Shown here piece by piece: positions 48,949-57,500 of a stretch of 64,000 bases of DNA. Position 1 is the first letter of the stretch. Every line of letters begins with the position of its first letter. The position numbers were made by a program, and so were the translations under genes. The stretch comes from Terriglobia bacterium (GTDB taxonomy: Bacteria; Acidobacteriota; Terriglobia; 20CM-2-55-15), in assembly GCA_963664115.2 (NCBI GenBank), contig CAXWPJ010000009.1, forward strand, positions 160,001-224,000, read 5' to 3'. The notes under the pieces are model-generated. The model searched no databases. It was not told the DNA's origin and saw only the letters and a program-made list of their open reading frames with translations.

Positions 48949-50724
48949 ATGACCCAACACATTCGGTTCGGGAGCTATAACCGTGAACTGAACATCCACC
49001 TGGACCAGATCAGCTATAACGAGATGATCCCGCCCGTCACCTACGATGCGGCCGGCAACGAACTCCCTCAAAAACCGGAAGCGCTCTCACTCGGTGCAGG
49101 AGATGTCTATCGTCTACTGCGCCCCTATCTTACTCTCAGGTTCATCGATCAGTTCAAGGCGGTGATGCCGCTAGCCTTGTATCTGGTGTTGTTCCAGCTT
49201 TTCATTCTGCGACAGGCGGTGCAGGATGCCTGGATTATTTCGATCGGCCTGCTCGCAGTCGTCATGGGTTTGATGCTGTTTATGGAGGGGTTAAAGGTCG
49301 GTTTGATGCCATTCGGGGAAACGCTCGGCATTTCGCTGCCGGCCAAGGCAACGCTCGCCACCGTAGTGGCCGTCGTGTTCTTGCTGGGCATAGGCGTCAC
49401 GTTTGCGGAACCTGCAATTGGCGCGCTACAGACAGCGGGCTCACTGGTCAGTGTGTCCCAGGCGCCCTATCTCTACACATTGCTGACGGACTGGGCGGGT
49501 ACGCTTGTACTCGCGGTTGGTATCGGAGTCGGACTTGCCGCCGTGCTCGGCACGATACGCCTCATCTTCGGATGGAGCCTGAAACCCCTGATCTACGTCA
49601 CGCTTGCACCGGTTTTGGCAATCAGCGCCTACATGGCGCTCGATCCGGAATTGTCTAAAGTTCTCGGCCTTGCTTTCGATTCTGGCGCGGTGACGACGGG
49701 ACCCGTCACCGTACCGCTGGTTTTGTCCCTGGGAATCGGCATTGCCCATGCGGCGGGTAAGGGAACGGACTCGTTGTCCGGCTTCGGTATCGTCACGCTC
49801 GCATCTCTTTTCCCCATTATCGCAGTGATGGGGCTCACGCTCTATGTCGCCGGGCAGACAGACCCGGAATCGATCCTCGCCGCCGCAAACGAACTCCAGG
49901 CCGAAACGAGTGAGCTGCCCTGGTATCAATTGACGCCGGCTGTGGAGGTCATTGGCGGCATCCGCGCCATCATCCCGCTGGTGGTTTTTCTTTTGCTGGT
50001 GTTGCTCGTGCTGCTCAGGGAGCGCTTGCCCAACCCGAAAATCATTGGATTCGGCATTCTGCTCTGTGTGCTCGGTATGTGTATCTTCAATCTGGGCCTA
50101 GGTTATGGTCTTTCGAAGTTGGGTGGACAGAGCGGCGGCTTGGTTCCCGCAGCGTTTACAAGCATACAGGGCGTGGACGGTTCGCCTTTGTATTTCCTGG
50201 CACTGGGACTCGGCATTGCCATCGGCTTTGCCTGGCTCCTGGGCTTTGGAGCCACGTTGGCTGAACCTGCGCTGAACGCATTGGGTATCACAGTTGAGAA
50301 CCTAACCAACGGGTCTTTCAGGAAGTCGACGCTGATGTATGCAGTGTCTGTCGGTGTGGGCTTTGGTGTCGCAATCGGCGTAGCGAAGAACATATTCGAC
50401 ATTCCAATGGCGTGGCTTTTGATTCCGGGTTACTTGATCGCGGCTGGATTGACCGCCTTATCGAGTGAAGAGTTCGTCAACATCGCCTGGGACAGTGCAG
50501 GCGTCACGACAGGGCCCGTGACGGTCCCTTTGGTTCTGGCGATGGGACTCGGGTTTGGCAATGCACTCGGGGCAATTGAGGGATTCGGTATCCTGTCCAT
50601 GGCGTCGATCGGTCCCATCATTGCAGTTCTTTCAACCGGTCTCTATATTCGCTGGAAAATTGCCCGAAGGCATGCAAGAGCTGAAGCGGAAGACTACGAG
50701 GAGCCCACGGGTGCCATGGTATGA
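48949..50724 (+). CDS. fused double-DUF1538 membrane protein
   Basis: Two internal repeats: FAEPA/LAEPA, AFDSGAVTTGPVTVP/AWDSAGVTTGPVTVP, GFGI..AS..PIIAV. Confidence 0.88.
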   Translation: MTQHIRFGSYNRELNIHLDQISYNEMIPPVTYDAAGNELPQKPEALSLGAGDVYRLLRPYLTLRFIDQFKAVMPLALYLVLFQLFILRQAVQDAWIISIGLLAVVMGLMLFMEGLKVGLMPFGETLGISLPAKATLATVVAVVFLLGIGVTFAEPAIGALQTAGSLVSVSQAPYLYTLLTDWAGTLVLAVGIGVGLAAVLGTIRLIFGWSLKPLIYVTLAPVLAISAYMALDPELSKVLGLAFDSGAVTTGPVTVPLVLSLGIGIAHAAGKGTDSLSGFGIVTLASLFPIIAVMGLTLYVAGQTDPESILAAANELQAETSELPWYQLTPAVEVIGGIRAIIPLVVFLLLVLLVLLRERLPNPKIIGFGILLCVLGMCIFNLGLGYGLSKLGGQSGGLVPAAFTSIQGVDGSPLYFLALGLGIAIGFAWLLGFGATLAEPALNALGITVENLTNGSFRKSTLMYAVSVGVGFGVAIGVAKNIFDIPMAWLLIPGYLIAAGLTALSSEEFVNIAWDSAGVTTGPVTVPLVLAMGLGFGNALGAIEGFGILSMASIGPIIAVLSTGLYIRWKIARRHARAEAEDYEEPTGAMV

Positions 50725-51098
50725 CTAGAGAACTTACGACACTCACAGATGTTTCGATGATCACGTGCATCGTCCAGCGCGGGAAAGCGGACCGCGTCAT
50801 CCAGGCCGCCCAAGATGCCGGGGCCCAGGGTGCGACGGTCTATTATGGTTACGGTAGCGGCGTTCGTGAGCGGTTGGGGATTCTCGGGCTCGCGATCGAA
50901 GTCGAAAAAGAAATCATCGTGACACTGGTTGCCGATGATCAGGTCGATCGTATTTTTGAGCGGATGTACTTCGCGGCTGAACTAGATGTACCTGGGAACG
51001 GCATTATCTATGTCACCAAACTCGATAAAGCCGCCACATACATCCCCAAGGAAATTATCGAGCGCCTAAACGCCAAGGTATCGGAGTCGGCCCGGTGA
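50721..51098 (+). CDS. P-II-like signal transduction protein
   Basis: ITCIV.RG.AD....A...GAQGAT....YGSG, EKEII, PGNGIIYV. ATGA overlap with the upstream gene. Confidence 0.88.
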   Translation: MTRELTTLTDVSMITCIVQRGKADRVIQAAQDAGAQGATVYYGYGSGVRERLGILGLAIEVEKEIIVTLVADDQVDRIFERMYFAAELDVPGNGIIYVTKLDKAATYIPKEIIERLNAKVSESAR

Positions 51099-51439
51099 AG
51101 GGCATTATCGAAAATGCCAAGCTGATTACCTGCATCCTGCCAAAAGGAAAGGCGCAACTCGTCCAGAAGGCGTTGGTCGAAGAAAAGGGATTACACACTG
51201 CCAATTTTCACCATGGTCGTGGTGTTGGCAGCTTTTCACCCTTGACAGCCAGGGGTATGGGTGAGCAACAGGAAAAGGAGATTCTTGAAGTCAACGTGGC
51301 CGACGACAGGGCCGACGACCTATTCGAGTTCATGTTCTTCAAGGGCGAAATGGACCAGCCTCACGGCGGCATCATTTTCATGACCACCCTAGTCAATGGC
51401 ATGGGCATGGGTGTGCCGGACCTGTCGGGCGAAGGGTGA
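51095..51439 (+). CDS. second, divergent P-II-like protein
   Basis: LITCILPKG, GRGVG, EKEIL, PHGGIIFM. GTGA overlap with the upstream gene. Confidence 0.8.
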   Translation: MKGIIENAKLITCILPKGKAQLVQKALVEEKGLHTANFHHGRGVGSFSPLTARGMGEQQEKEILEVNVADDRADDLFEFMFFKGEMDQPHGGIIFMTTLVNGMGMGVPDLSGEG

Positions 51440-51539
51440 ACGCTTTCATCGGGCGTGTCCGGACGCGATTGCAACGGGCGCCGGCAGTGCCGCGGATCCG
51501 TTAGCCTGCGGTTCCACGGGAAAGAGGTATTGGAGACTC

Positions 51540-54062
51540 ATGGAACTGGACCTGGGATCCGTCGTACTTCTGCTCGCAGGACTCCTTCTCGCCTCCGCGC
51601 TGATATCGCTTCTCGCAGGCCGCACGGTGTTTCCATATACGGTCCTTCTGGTTGTCTTCGGCTTCGCTCTCCGCTTGATGTTCGCCGAATGGGAAGGCTT
51701 TGAATTTCTCGAATCGGAAATCGTCACGGAAATCGTATTGTTTGTTTTCCTGCCTACGTTACTTTTCGAATCCTCGTTCAATCTCGACTCCAAGCTTCTT
51801 TTCCGGAACATCGTTCCGGTACTGACCCTCGCGATCCCCGCCTTTCTTCTTTCGACGGCGATCGTGGGCTACCTCGGATCCTGGGCGCTGGGCATACCAC
51901 TCGCCACCGCACTTCTTTTTGGAGCACTTATCTCAGCCACCGATCCTGTGGCGGTCGTCGCTTTGTTCAAGGAACTTGGGGCCCCGAAGCGACTGATGGT
52001 GTTGGTTGAGGGTGAAAGCCTGTTCAACGACGCGACGGCGATCGTCCTGTTCAACGTACTGTTGGGAATCGTGGTGGGTGGAGCGGCGGCAACGCTGTCG
52101 CTGACCTCGGCCATCATCAACTTCCTTATCGTATTTATCGGCGGAATCGTTGTGGGCGCCATTATCGCTTTTACTTTTGCCCAGATCTTGTCTCTGGTGC
52201 GCGACAACGAGCTCGTTGAAATCACGCTGACGACGATAGTTGCGTACATGTCGTTCATCGTCGCCGAACACTACCTCCACGTTTCGGGTGTGATGGCGAC
52301 AGCAACAGCGGGCGTCATTCTGGGAGGGTGGGGGCGCACGAAGATTTCTCCATCTGTCGGCCATTTCATGCACTCGTTCTGGGAGTACCTCTCCTTTTTA
52401 GCAAATTCATTGATTTTCCTCCTTGTGGGACTCGTACTGAGCCCGGCCCTGATTCGCGACTCCTTCGTTGCGCTGCTTCTGGCGATACCCATCGTTTACT
52501 TTTCCCGTGCGTTCAGCATCGCCCTCGCAGTGCCTTTGGTCAACCGGACCCGGATGATCGAACCGATCGATATGCGGTATCGCCTGGTCATGTTCTGGGG
52601 GGGGCTCCGGGGAGCGTTGGCACTGGCGCTGGCCCTGAGCCTGCCACCGGACTTTGCAGCGAAGGAGTTGATACTGGTTTCTGCGATGGGCGTGGTCATG
52701 GCTACCCTGCTCGTCAACGCAGTGACCATAGGACCGCTGCTTCGAATGCTCGGCTTCGATCGACTCTCACCCGCTGAACTGTTTGCCCGATTCGAAAGCC
52801 TGCTGATGCTGAAGCGTGAGACCCGTTCCAAGCTGGGCCGCTTCGGGGAAGAAAGAGCGATCGCGCCCAGTATCGTCGACAGAGTCCGTACGAACTACCT
52901 GAACCGGGAATCACAGATCGAATCCGAACGCGAAGTATCGATGTCAGGCGAAAGTCAGCTCGAAGAGAAGGACCTTTTGCAGGTCGTGGCCCATCAGGCC
53001 CTGTGTGCCGAGAAGCAACATTATTGGGAAGAGTTCTATGAGGGCAATTTGCGCGAGACGGCCTACAAACAACTCATCCAGGACGTGGACTATCAGACCG
53101 ATCACGTTAAGGCATACGGCGAACTCCCAGAAACGTTCGAAGAGGCCGGCACCCGCGAGAGCACACTGGACCGCCTTCTCTACAAACTCGGGATATTCGG
53201 TTCCTACGTCCAGACGCGCAAAGTGAGTCAGATGGCGGACCGCTTCGAGCAGAACAGCGCGAAGGCCGCCGGCGCCCGTTCGGTAGGATCGCTGTTGGAT
53301 AGACTGCGCAAGGAAGAAACCATTGACGAAGACGCATATGCAGCGGTGCGTCACTACTATCAATCCCGTCACGACAAGGCACAACGCGAGCTGGCATCAA
53401 TGGCATCGGACTATCCCGAGTATGTCGAACGCACCCAGGAGTTCCTGCTGACGCGCAGTTGCCTCCACAACGAAGAAGCCACACTGAAAATGTTAAGGGA
53501 ACTCGGGCTCGTTCCCGATAATGTTTACCTCCAACACAAAGAAGAGATCCAGGATGGCCTCGCGCGGCTCCGCTCCCGGCCTGTTGAAACTCTGCAGCTC
53601 GATCCCTCGGCCTTGCTGGCTCAGATTCCTCTGTTCGAGCACTGCGGTAATAATGCTCTGCAGCGCGTGGCCGCGCTTCTCGAATCCGAGTCGTTTGCCG
53701 AAGGCGACCGGATCGTGCGGCAGGAAGAGTCGGGAGACTCGATGTACGTCATCGCCCGGGGTGCCGTGCAGATACTCAGGGAAGTTGAGAATCAAGCGCC
53801 CGATTTGTTGGCTATTCTGGTGGCCGGAGGATTTTTCGGAGAGATTGCCTTGCTCGCCGAGTCACCCCGAACAGCCACAGTGCGGGCGGCAAGCCCGTGT
53901 ACAATGCTGCGACTGCGTCGTCAAAATCTCGAATCACTGATGGATGCGACGCCTGACTTAAGAAGTTCGGTTCAAAGAGCTTACAAGGAACGCCTGGCTG
54001 TATTGGAATCCTTGGGGAATCAGGAAACCTCAGCCACTGAAGGCCACGCCTCTCCGGCATAG
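51540..54062 (+). CDS. CPA1 Na+/H+ antiporter with a C-terminal cyclic-nucleotide-binding domain
   Basis: ATDPVAV, EGESLFNDATA, HVSGV, WGGLRGAL; a long helical cytoplasmic region; FGEIALL..SPRTATVRA. ATG 51540 follows GGAG. Confidence 0.93.
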   Translation: MELDLGSVVLLLAGLLLASALISLLAGRTVFPYTVLLVVFGFALRLMFAEWEGFEFLESEIVTEIVLFVFLPTLLFESSFNLDSKLLFRNIVPVLTLAIPAFLLSTAIVGYLGSWALGIPLATALLFGALISATDPVAVVALFKELGAPKRLMVLVEGESLFNDATAIVLFNVLLGIVVGGAAATLSLTSAIINFLIVFIGGIVVGAIIAFTFAQILSLVRDNELVEITLTTIVAYMSFIVAEHYLHVSGVMATATAGVILGGWGRTKISPSVGHFMHSFWEYLSFLANSLIFLLVGLVLSPALIRDSFVALLLAIPIVYFSRAFSIALAVPLVNRTRMIEPIDMRYRLVMFWGGLRGALALALALSLPPDFAAKELILVSAMGVVMATLLVNAVTIGPLLRMLGFDRLSPAELFARFESLLMLKRETRSKLGRFGEERAIAPSIVDRVRTNYLNRESQIESEREVSMSGESQLEEKDLLQVVAHQALCAEKQHYWEEFYEGNLRETAYKQLIQDVDYQTDHVKAYGELPETFEEAGTRESTLDRLLYKLGIFGSYVQTRKVSQMADRFEQNSAKAAGARSVGSLLDRLRKEETIDEDAYAAVRHYYQSRHDKAQRELASMASDYPEYVERTQEFLLTRSCLHNEEATLKMLRELGLVPDNVYLQHKEEIQDGLARLRSRPVETLQLDPSALLAQIPLFEHCGNNALQRVAALLESESFAEGDRIVRQEESGDSMYVIARGAVQILREVENQAPDLLAILVAGGFFGEIALLAESPRTATVRAASPCTMLRLRRQNLESLMDATPDLRSSVQRAYKERLAVLESLGNQETSATEGHASPA

Positions 54063-54075
54063 CAGGAGTCGATCG

Positions 54076-55752
54076 ATGGATACATTTAACTCATTCCTGA
54101 CGGTCATGAACAACGTGCTCTGGCACAACGTTGTGCTCTTCGTCATCCTCGGTCTCGGACTTCTGTTGACGGTATGGACGAAATTTGCTCCGATCGTTGC
54201 ATTCACCCACGGAATCGCCGTTATTCGAGGCAAGTTCGACGACAAGGACGACCCGGGTGCCATCAATCACTTCCAGGCCCTGTCCGCGGCACTGTCGGCA
54301 ACCGTCGGGCTAGGGAACATTGGGGGCGTCGCTCTGGCCATCTCCCTGGGAGGACCGGGCGCCGTGTTCTGGATGTGGGTCGTCGGCTTAGCGGGAATGG
54401 CCATCAAAACCACGGAAGTGACGCAATCCATGCTCTATCGGAACATGGCAGACCCGGACAATCCGCACGGCGGGCCCATGTTTGTCGTCAGCCGCGGTCT
54501 CGCCGAGATGAATCCCGCACTCAAGGGCCTGGGACGCTGGATTGGCTACATTTTCTGCCTCACGCTGATGGTATCGACCGTCACTGGCGGCAATATGTTT
54601 CAGGCCTGGAACGTGGGCAACGTGACCGCGTTAAACTTCGGCATTCCCTCGCTCTTGACGGGAATCGTGCTGGCAATCATCACCGGGATGGTGATTATCG
54701 GAGGAATTCAGCGAATCGGGGCTGTCGCCGGACGCCTCGTGCCGTTCATGTGCGGCCTCTACCTCCTGGCATCGGTCTATGTACTAATCTTGAACTTCAG
54801 CGCGATCCCCGGACTGTTTCGAATGATCTTTGTTTCCGCGTTCAGCCCGGTCGAGGCCCAGGGCGCGTTTCTGGGTGGAACTTTCGGCTATGCCTTTCTG
54901 CTGGGAATGCGACGGGCTCTGTTCTCGAACGAAGCAGGGCAGGGTTCCGCACCCATCGCGCACGCTGCCGCCCGCACCAACGAACCGGTTCGGGAGGGCA
55001 TCGTTGCAGGCTTGGGACCCTTTATCGACACGATTATCGTGTGTACGCTGACGGCACTCGTGATCCTGGCCAGTGGGGCGTGGAACCGCGGACCCGAAAC
55101 CGAATTCGAAAGCCCTCCCGAAATCGTAGAAGTCTCGCCGGGAGCGTGGACAATAGAAACTTCGGCGCTCGACTCGAACGTGGAATGGCAGGCCGGTCAG
55201 AACGTATTCGTGGTGATCGAAACGGGCATCCAGAATGAGCAGACAGGCGCAACGGTCGATCAGATTTCCGGCATAATCGTTACCTCCGGCGACACTTATG
55301 CCGTCGAATGGAACACATGGACTGGATCCCAAGCCCCCACCGTCAGCGGCTCCGGCATTTACATGAACTACACCGGCGCCAGCCTTACAAGTTATGCGTT
55401 CGATCGCGTCCAGCCGGGCCTGGGCCGTTGGCTCGTCACGCTGGCGTCCTGGCTGTTCGCGATATCGACGATGATCTCCTGGAGTTACTACGGGGAGCAG
55501 GGCATCATCTTCATGGCCGGCGCCAAGTGGGTCCGTACGTACAAATTTATTTACTGCCTGCTGATCATCGTGGCCACCTCGGGCTTCATCACGACCGACC
55601 AGCAACTCGACGGCCTGACCGGAATTGGGACCGCCGTCATGTTGTTCGCGAACATCCCTATCATCCTGATCTTCAGCCGACAGGCGATGTCGCACTATCA
55701 CGAATATCTCGGACGCCTGCGCTCCGGGGAAATGCGGCGGACCATTTCATAG
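54076..55752 (+). CDS. alanine/glycine:cation symporter (AGCS) with an inserted soluble domain
   Basis: ATVGLGNIGGVA, GGPGAVFWMW, GGPM, RALFSNEAGQGS, FIDTIIVCT, FAIST.ISWSYYG. Confidence 0.93.
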   Translation: MDTFNSFLTVMNNVLWHNVVLFVILGLGLLLTVWTKFAPIVAFTHGIAVIRGKFDDKDDPGAINHFQALSAALSATVGLGNIGGVALAISLGGPGAVFWMWVVGLAGMAIKTTEVTQSMLYRNMADPDNPHGGPMFVVSRGLAEMNPALKGLGRWIGYIFCLTLMVSTVTGGNMFQAWNVGNVTALNFGIPSLLTGIVLAIITGMVIIGGIQRIGAVAGRLVPFMCGLYLLASVYVLILNFSAIPGLFRMIFVSAFSPVEAQGAFLGGTFGYAFLLGMRRALFSNEAGQGSAPIAHAAARTNEPVREGIVAGLGPFIDTIIVCTLTALVILASGAWNRGPETEFESPPEIVEVSPGAWTIETSALDSNVEWQAGQNVFVVIETGIQNEQTGATVDQISGIIVTSGDTYAVEWNTWTGSQAPTVSGSGIYMNYTGASLTSYAFDRVQPGLGRWLVTLASWLFAISTMISWSYYGEQGIIFMAGAKWVRTYKFIYCLLIIVATSGFITTDQQLDGLTGIGTAVMLFANIPIILIFSRQAMSHYHEYLGRLRSGEMRRTIS

Positions 55753-55801
55753 CAGACCGTGAGAGCAGTCTGTGGGTATACGGGAACGGGTATTTCGATA
55801 A

Positions 55802-55864
55802 GGGACGGACACTTCCTGCTACATCGTGACTTGACGACTGTATTTCCGATGAAGTGTCCGTCCC
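55802..55864. repeat. 14-bp perfect inverted repeat (REP/MITE-like)
   Basis: GGGACGGACACTTC ... GAAGTGTCCGTCCC with a 35-bp spacer. Confidence 0.75.
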
Positions 55865-55874
55865 CTAAAGTCCA

Positions 55875-57431
55875 ATGATCTTTCGTAGTCCCCATCCTCC
55901 AGTCACCATTCCCAACGTTTCACTGGCAGATCTGATCCTGACTCGGGCCGCGGGTTTCGGCGACAAACCGGCTCTCATCGATGGGTTGACCGGCAGGAGC
56001 TACACGTTCACGGAATTCGTTGCCTCGGTGCGGCGTATTGCCGCAGGTCTGGCTGAGTTGGGGTTCAAGAAGGGCGATGTCCTGGCACTGATGTGCCCCA
56101 ACTGTCCCGAGTATGGAATGGTGTTTCTGGCCACGGCTCTGTTGGGCGGCATTAACACGACCTTAAGTCCGATATCGACCTCCATGGAGTTGGATTCCCA
56201 GTCCAGCGACGCCGGAGCCCGGTATCTCTTCACCACGCCCGAGGTGCTGGCTCGGACCGCGAGCAGCGCCACGAGAAAGTGGAAGCAGACGATCGTTTTG
56301 GGCGATGTTTCGGGCACCACTCCATTCGAAGCCCTGTTGGAATCCAAAACCGAAGCACCCCTTACCCCGATTAATCCCAGCGAAGACCTTGTCGTCCTTC
56401 CCTATTCCAGCGGCACCACAGGGATTCCGAAAGGCGTCAAGCTGACGCATCAAAACGTGGTCGCCAATCTACGACAGATCGCCACAGGGATATTTACCGA
56501 GGCCGACGTCATCGCCGGTTTACCTCCCTTTTTTCATATCTATGGCCTCACTGTCGTTCTCCAACTGGGGCTGTATTTAGGAGCGACCGACGTGGTCCTG
56601 CCCCGATTCGAGATGAACTCCTTTGTGGATAGCGTCGAGCGCTACCAGATTACGCACGTCAACCTTGTCCCGCCGTTGATCCTCTCGCTCGCAAAGCACG
56701 CTGCGCTCGAACCGAAACGGCTTGCGAGCCTGAAGACCGTTCAGAGCGGTGCCGCGCCACTGTCTCCGGAAACGGCGCGATCGTTCGCCGAGCGCTTCGA
56801 CTGTCGCGTCCTTCAAGGCTACGGTCTTACCGAAACCAGTCCCGTCACCCACCTGGCGAGACGGACGTCCCGAGACATTCCGATTGGATCGATCGGGCCT
56901 CCGGTCCCAAACACCGAGTGCCGCATACTCGACCTGGAAACGGGACGCGAACTCGGACCCGATCAGCGAGGGGAGCTTTTCATAAGAGGTCCTCAAGTCA
57001 TGCAGGGTTACTTGAACGATGCCGGTAAAACAGCCGGGATGATCGACTCTGAAGGCTGGCTGCGCACCGGAGACATCGCGTACACCGACGAGCAAGGCAA
57101 TTTCTACATCGTCGATCGCGCCAAGGAACTGATCAAGTACAAGGCCTACCCGATCGCCCCGGCTGAACTCGAATCCGTCCTGCTCTCCCACCCTTTGGTT
57201 CGAGACGCTGCAGTGGTACCAATCCCCGACGATACGGCCGGCCAGATACCGAAAGCTTTCGTTGTCGGCGAGAATTCGCTGGATGCGACTGAATTGATGT
57301 CCTGGGTGAGTGAACGCGTAGCGCCGTACAAGAAAATCCGTCAGATCGAGTTCGTTGAGGAAATTCCTAAATCCGCTTCCGGCAAGATACTGCGGCGCGT
57401 TTTGATGGAGCGTGGGGAAGTTAAGAGTTGA
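55875..57431 (+). CDS. 4-coumarate--CoA ligase-like acyl-CoA synthetase
   Basis: LPYSSGTTGIPKG, PFFHIYG, SGAAPL, QGYGLTE, GWLRTGD, VDR.KELIKYK, PKSASGKILRR. Confidence 0.92.
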   Translation: MIFRSPHPPVTIPNVSLADLILTRAAGFGDKPALIDGLTGRSYTFTEFVASVRRIAAGLAELGFKKGDVLALMCPNCPEYGMVFLATALLGGINTTLSPISTSMELDSQSSDAGARYLFTTPEVLARTASSATRKWKQTIVLGDVSGTTPFEALLESKTEAPLTPINPSEDLVVLPYSSGTTGIPKGVKLTHQNVVANLRQIATGIFTEADVIAGLPPFFHIYGLTVVLQLGLYLGATDVVLPRFEMNSFVDSVERYQITHVNLVPPLILSLAKHAALEPKRLASLKTVQSGAAPLSPETARSFAERFDCRVLQGYGLTETSPVTHLARRTSRDIPIGSIGPPVPNTECRILDLETGRELGPDQRGELFIRGPQVMQGYLNDAGKTAGMIDSEGWLRTGDIAYTDEQGNFYIVDRAKELIKYKAYPIAPAELESVLLSHPLVRDAAVVPIPDDTAGQIPKAFVVGENSLDATELMSWVSERVAPYKKIRQIEFVEEIPKSASGKILRRVLMERGEVKS

Positions 57432-57446
57432 AAATCGAAAGTTCAG

Positions 57447-57492
57447 AACACCGGCACGAAACAAGGACTCCTAACTTGTCACCCGGTGTTTT
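57447..57492 (+). terminator. hairpin between convergent genes
   Basis: AACACCGG...CCGGTGTT with an inner ACAAG/CTTGT pair, followed by Ts. Confidence 0.45.
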
Positions 57493-57500
57493 CTCCTCGA

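Noticed and set aside
51396-51539. Extended N-termini in the ORF track (51396, 15770, 2140, 42651, 58892, 37170)
   Set aside because: Downstream starts with a better RBS or signal peptide fit; 58892 lies inside an IS.
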